NCBI GenBank assembly: GCA_021818685.1
Contig: JAKATP010000004.1
Location: 1-60,783, forward strand
DNA: 60,783 nt
Source of the DNA: Bacillota bacterium
Lineage (GTDB): Bacteria; Bacillota; Sulfobacillia; Sulfobacillales; JAIMBI01
Reading direction: 5' to 3'
Under the pieces are notes generated by a model, which was not told where the DNA came from, did no database searches, and saw nothing but the letters and a program-made list of their open reading frames with translations. Below, one piece after another: positions 57,812 through 60,783 of this stretch. Position numbers and translations under genes: made by a program. The stretch's first letter is position 1, and the number at the start of each line of letters is the position of its first letter.

Positions 57812-58411
57812 TCACGTCTGCGCCCCGCCGAGGAGCGCGGTCAATTCCTCCACGAGCCGCACACCCACCAGGGTCACCGTGGTGTCGTGACGCGCGATCA
57901 CGGTCAGCGGGACCTCAGGCGCCGCCGGCAGCGAGGGTCCGGCAAGCTGGGTGACGTCGCACACCGCCAGCGGTCCCTGCTGCCCGGCGTCCGCGAGCGC
58001 CCGGACGAGATGACGGAGCTGGAGGGGGGAGTGCGGGCAGGTGGGCGCCGTGTACAGGGTTGCGGCCGCACCTCGGCCACGCATGCGGCGGGCCGTCGCT
58101 GGCCCGGAGAGCAGGTAGGCCGCCTGGATCAAGCTCACAAACTCATAACCCCGCGGCCATCCCCGCATCACTAAGAGCGGTACGGCCGATTCGGGTGGAC
58201 GGAGGCGTATTTCGGGGGCGGACCCGTCTGGCAGAAACTCCTCGTCGATCACGAACTCAATCGACGGCGTCAGCGCCGCCCACTCCCGCAATGTCCCCAG
58301 TTCCGGAGCCTCCATGCCGCGTGTATCGAGGGCGACCTCCACCTGAACCGGACCCAGATACAACGAGGCCATCGCGCGAATCGTCCGGCGCTGGCGCCCG
58401 CTAAATGGCAC
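57812..58411 (-). CDS. Degenerate thioredoxin-like protein (AhpF N-terminal/protein disulfide oxidoreductase-like)
   Basis: GWPRGYEFVSLI resembles PDO/AhpF G.P.GHEF.S; TAPTCPHS in place of TPTCPYC; VP cis-Pro motif. Confidence 0.6.
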   Translation of the reverse strand: MPFSGRQRRTIRAMASLYLGPVQVEVALDTRGMEAPELGTLREWAALTPSIEFVIDEEFLPDGSAPEIRLRPPESAVPLLVMRGWPRGYEFVSLIQAAYLLSGPATARRMRGRGAAATLYTAPTCPHSPLQLRHLVRALADAGQQGPLAVCDVTQLAGPSLPAAPEVPLTVIARHDTTVTLVGVRLVEELTALLGGAQT

Positions 58412-58796
58412 GGGAACTGCTTATGGCGGCCCGCAGCCGGAAACGAGCCCAGGCCACCATCCCCCCGGAGAGACAGTACACGTGACGAAAGCCGCGGCGC
58501 CGGAGCTGGTGATAGATGTGGATCTCGCGATAGGCACTCCGGCAGACCAGCACGATGCGTTGGTCGGGCGTCCAGACCCGACTCATCTGCGGGATGCGCG
58601 CCCGCGGCACCGAGACCGCCGTCCCGATGTGCGCCGCACGAAATTCTTCCGTGGGTCGGATATCGGCCAGCACCATAGGTTCCTGCGCCTGTAGCCAGGC
58701 CTCCAGACGTTCCGGGGTTACCCACGCCACCCGGATCCACGGACGCACCTGCCAGACCACGACACCCGCCAGCAAGAGCGCCAAAATCCAGTCCAG
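58401..58796 (-). CDS. Membrane-anchored rhodanese-domain protein, probable CTG start
   Basis: N-terminal TM, DIR..EF..AHIGTA, VCRS, LSGGMVAW; SD GGGGAGG 7 nt before CTG. Confidence 0.82.
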   Translation of the reverse strand: MDWILALLLAGVVVWQVRPWIRVAWVTPERLEAWLQAQEPMVLADIRPTEEFRAAHIGTAVSVPRARIPQMSRVWTPDQRIVLVCRSAYREIHIYHQLRRRGFRHVYCLSGGMVAWARFRLRAAISSSRAI

Positions 58797-58833
58797 TCCG
58801 TTGCCTCCCCGAACCAGTGTACCGAAACGCGGT

Positions 58834-60420
58834 CTACCACGGGGATGGTTCCGGCCAGGCCAGGCGCTCGCGCGCGGCCGTGAATTCCCGTGCCAGCCGT
58901 TCCAGGCGGACATCCAGCTGGCGCGTATCGTCCTCCTCCATGACGATGGCCAGGATACGGGCCTCGAGACTTCCCCGCCTCCGCTCCAGGTGTCGGAGAA
59001 TGACGTCGAGCTCCCCTATCACCTGCCGGAAGAGGTCAATCTTCTCGTGTAGGAGACGCAAGATGTGCTCTTCCACCGTATCCAGGGTCACTAAGTTGAA
59101 GATATGCACGGTCTCTGCCTGCCCGATCCGGTGCAGCCGGCCGATGCGCTGCTCGATGCGCATGGGATTCCACGGGAGGTCGTAGTTGATGAGGTGGTGG
59201 CACCACTGCAGATTCAATCCCTGCCCCCCCGCCTCTGTCGACACCAGCACCGGACCGCCATCGCGAAACCACGACAGACGTCGCTCCCGCTCCCCGAGGC
59301 TCAGATTCCCGTGAAACGTGCGACTGTCAATCCCGGCGGCACCGAGCCTCTCCACGAGCCGCTCCTGGGTGCCGCGAAACTCCGTGAAGACCACCACCTG
59401 CCGCCCAAGAGTTCGGATGAGCTCCAGCGTACGCCCGGCTTTGGCGGGTTCCGCTATCCGGTCCAGTTCCGCGAGAAGGGCCCCCTGCTCCGACGCGAGC
59501 CACTCTGCGCGGGCGAGGGTCGGACGCAGCGCATCCGGGCTGGAACACAGTTCGCGCTGCAAGGTCAGGACGGGCAGGATGCTGGTCTCCTCACGCCGGC
59601 GGCTACGGTATTCTGCCCGGAGCCGCCCCTCCAGATGGTCATAGAGCGTGCGTTCATCGGAGGACAGCCGGATGGGACACAGGGTCACCTCCCGTTCGGG
59701 CCATGGCCCCCCTGCCTGCTGGCGGTCATGGCGTACCATCACCTGCTCCAACAGCGCGCGGAGCTCGGCCGCATTCTTCGGCGTGCGCTTGTCCAGGATG
59801 AACTGCCGGTAGAACTGCAGGTACGATCCGAACAGGCCCGGTTTCACAAGATTCACCAGCTGATAGAGCTCAGTCAGCTGATTTTCCATCGGCGTGGCCG
59901 TCAGGAGAATCAGATGCTGGCGGGCCAGCGAGGCGACCAGTTCGTGGTTTTGGGTGCGGGCGTTCTTCAGGCGGTGGGCCTCGTCCACGATCACGAGACC
60001 GAACCGCGTCTGCGCCAAGGCGTCTCGGAAGGGCGAGCGTTTGGCCGTGTCCAGTGACTGGATGAACACCTCCCCGCGGTCCTTCGGGCTCAGCTGGGCG
60101 CACCATCCGAATTTCTCACGCCACTCCCGCCGCCACTGCCCGACCAGTCCGGCGGGAGTCAGGATGAGCGTCGGGCCATCGAGACCTCGGACCGCCAGTT
60201 CCGCCCGGATGAGGCCCGCTTCGATCGTCTTGCCCAGTCCCACCTCGTCTGCCAGGATGGCCGAACCCCCCAGGACGTCTACGACCCGCCGCACCGTGTC
60301 GACTTGATGTCGATAGAGACGGAGCCCGGCCACCATCCGTTCGCGGATGAAGGGCGCGCACTTTAGGCCCATGAGGTCCACACCCGGAGCCTCCACCCCC
60401 GCCGCCGCCAACCCGGACAT
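58834..60420 (-). CDS. yqhH: SNF2-family helicase, YqhH-like
   Basis: ILADEVGLGKTIEAG, DEAH, LTATP, GGQGLNLQ, NYDLPWNPMRIEQRIGRLHRIGQ. Confidence 0.88.
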   Translation of the reverse strand: MSGLAAAGVEAPGVDLMGLKCAPFIRERMVAGLRLYRHQVDTVRRVVDVLGGSAILADEVGLGKTIEAGLIRAELAVRGLDGPTLILTPAGLVGQWRREWREKFGWCAQLSPKDRGEVFIQSLDTAKRSPFRDALAQTRFGLVIVDEAHRLKNARTQNHELVASLARQHLILLTATPMENQLTELYQLVNLVKPGLFGSYLQFYRQFILDKRTPKNAAELRALLEQVMVRHDRQQAGGPWPEREVTLCPIRLSSDERTLYDHLEGRLRAEYRSRRREETSILPVLTLQRELCSSPDALRPTLARAEWLASEQGALLAELDRIAEPAKAGRTLELIRTLGRQVVVFTEFRGTQERLVERLGAAGIDSRTFHGNLSLGERERRLSWFRDGGPVLVSTEAGGQGLNLQWCHHLINYDLPWNPMRIEQRIGRLHRIGQAETVHIFNLVTLDTVEEHILRLLHEKIDLFRQVIGELDVILRHLERRRGSLEARILAIVMEEDDTRQLDVRLERLAREFTAARERLAWPEPSPW

Positions 60421-60783
60421 TACACGCACCTCCCTGCCTCGATACCCGCCGCCATACCACGGTCCTCCGCGACAGGACCCTGAAGCCGCCGCAATTCCTC
60501 CACCGTCGGCAGGCCCCCCCGATCGAGGAGTGCTTCCATAGGGACCGGTCGTACGCGGGGCCAAAATGGAACCGATCGATGGAGGGTACTACGCACGGTG
60601 AAGGCTTCCGGACCTCGGTCGAGGTCCTCCCGGCCCACGGGCCAGGAGACGCGTGCGTCCGGACCCGCCCGCGCCGAGTACACGGCGGCCATGGTCCGCC
60701 GGGGCCCGTTTTGCAGGTAGTCGATGTACACCCGCGCCCCACGGTGAGCCACCCGGCGCGCCACGGTGGCATCCTCCGGCAGG
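60420..60783 (-). CDS. ligD: LigD-type primase-polymerase domain, partial (5' end outside window)
   Basis: RVYIDYLQNG..RT.AAVYSAR...A.VSWP motif; stop overlaps the yqhH start (TAATG). Confidence 0.8.
   Translation of the reverse strand, partial: LPEDATVARRVAHRGARVYIDYLQNGPRRTMAAVYSARAGPDARVSWPVGREDLDRGPEAFTVRSTLHRSVPFWPRVRPVPMEALLDRGGLPTVEELRRLQGPVAEDRGMAAGIEAGRCV

Noticed and set aside
1..60783. CRISPR array, prophage, integrase, intact IS, rRNA
   Set aside because: No spaced direct-repeat array or recognisable mobile-element or rRNA sequence seen by eye

Overview
Core-chromosome window from a high-GC (roughly two-thirds GC by eye), spore-forming Bacillota genome (PolC, SpoIVA, SpmA/B, SASPs, YtvI; a Sulfobacillus/Thermaerobacter-like lineage is inference only). 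Almost everything is on the minus strand. Reading left to right: pnp-rpsO-ribF-truB-nrnA-rbfA-infB-ylxQ-ylxR-nusA, polC, a GT2, proS, ispG-rseP-dxr-ytvI-cdsA-uppS-frr-pyrH-tsf-rpsB, miaB-hflX, two SASPs, surE-dinG, a SAM-byproduct cluster (mtaD-ahcY-mtnP...ndk-speD), a class-III aminotransferase/SRPBCC/GT4 triad, tRNA-Pro(GGG), spoIVA-der-yphA, rpsA-plsC-cmk-aroH, pncB-rluB, spmB/spmA, a rhodanese/thioredoxin-like pair, a YqhH-like SNF2 helicase and a partial LigD polymerase. I saw no CRISPR array, prophage, integrase or intact IS. Most notable: (1) up to six genes whose best SD-supported start is a non-canonical codon (CTG, ATC, GTC), with truB forced to one by an in-frame upstream stop; (2) the L7Ae gene ylxQ has no stop and runs about 900 nt out of frame over infB; (3) sequence signatures of a deaminating (inosyl) SAM-recycling pathway; (4) a perfect 12-bp inverted repeat bracketing the speD promoter; (5) spmA and spmB convergent instead of tandem; (6) rimP missing while its leader terminator remains; (7) a degenerate tRNA-Pro 3'-end repeat 8.2 kb downstream of the tRNA. 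Family calls come from motif recognition by eye; no database was searched.
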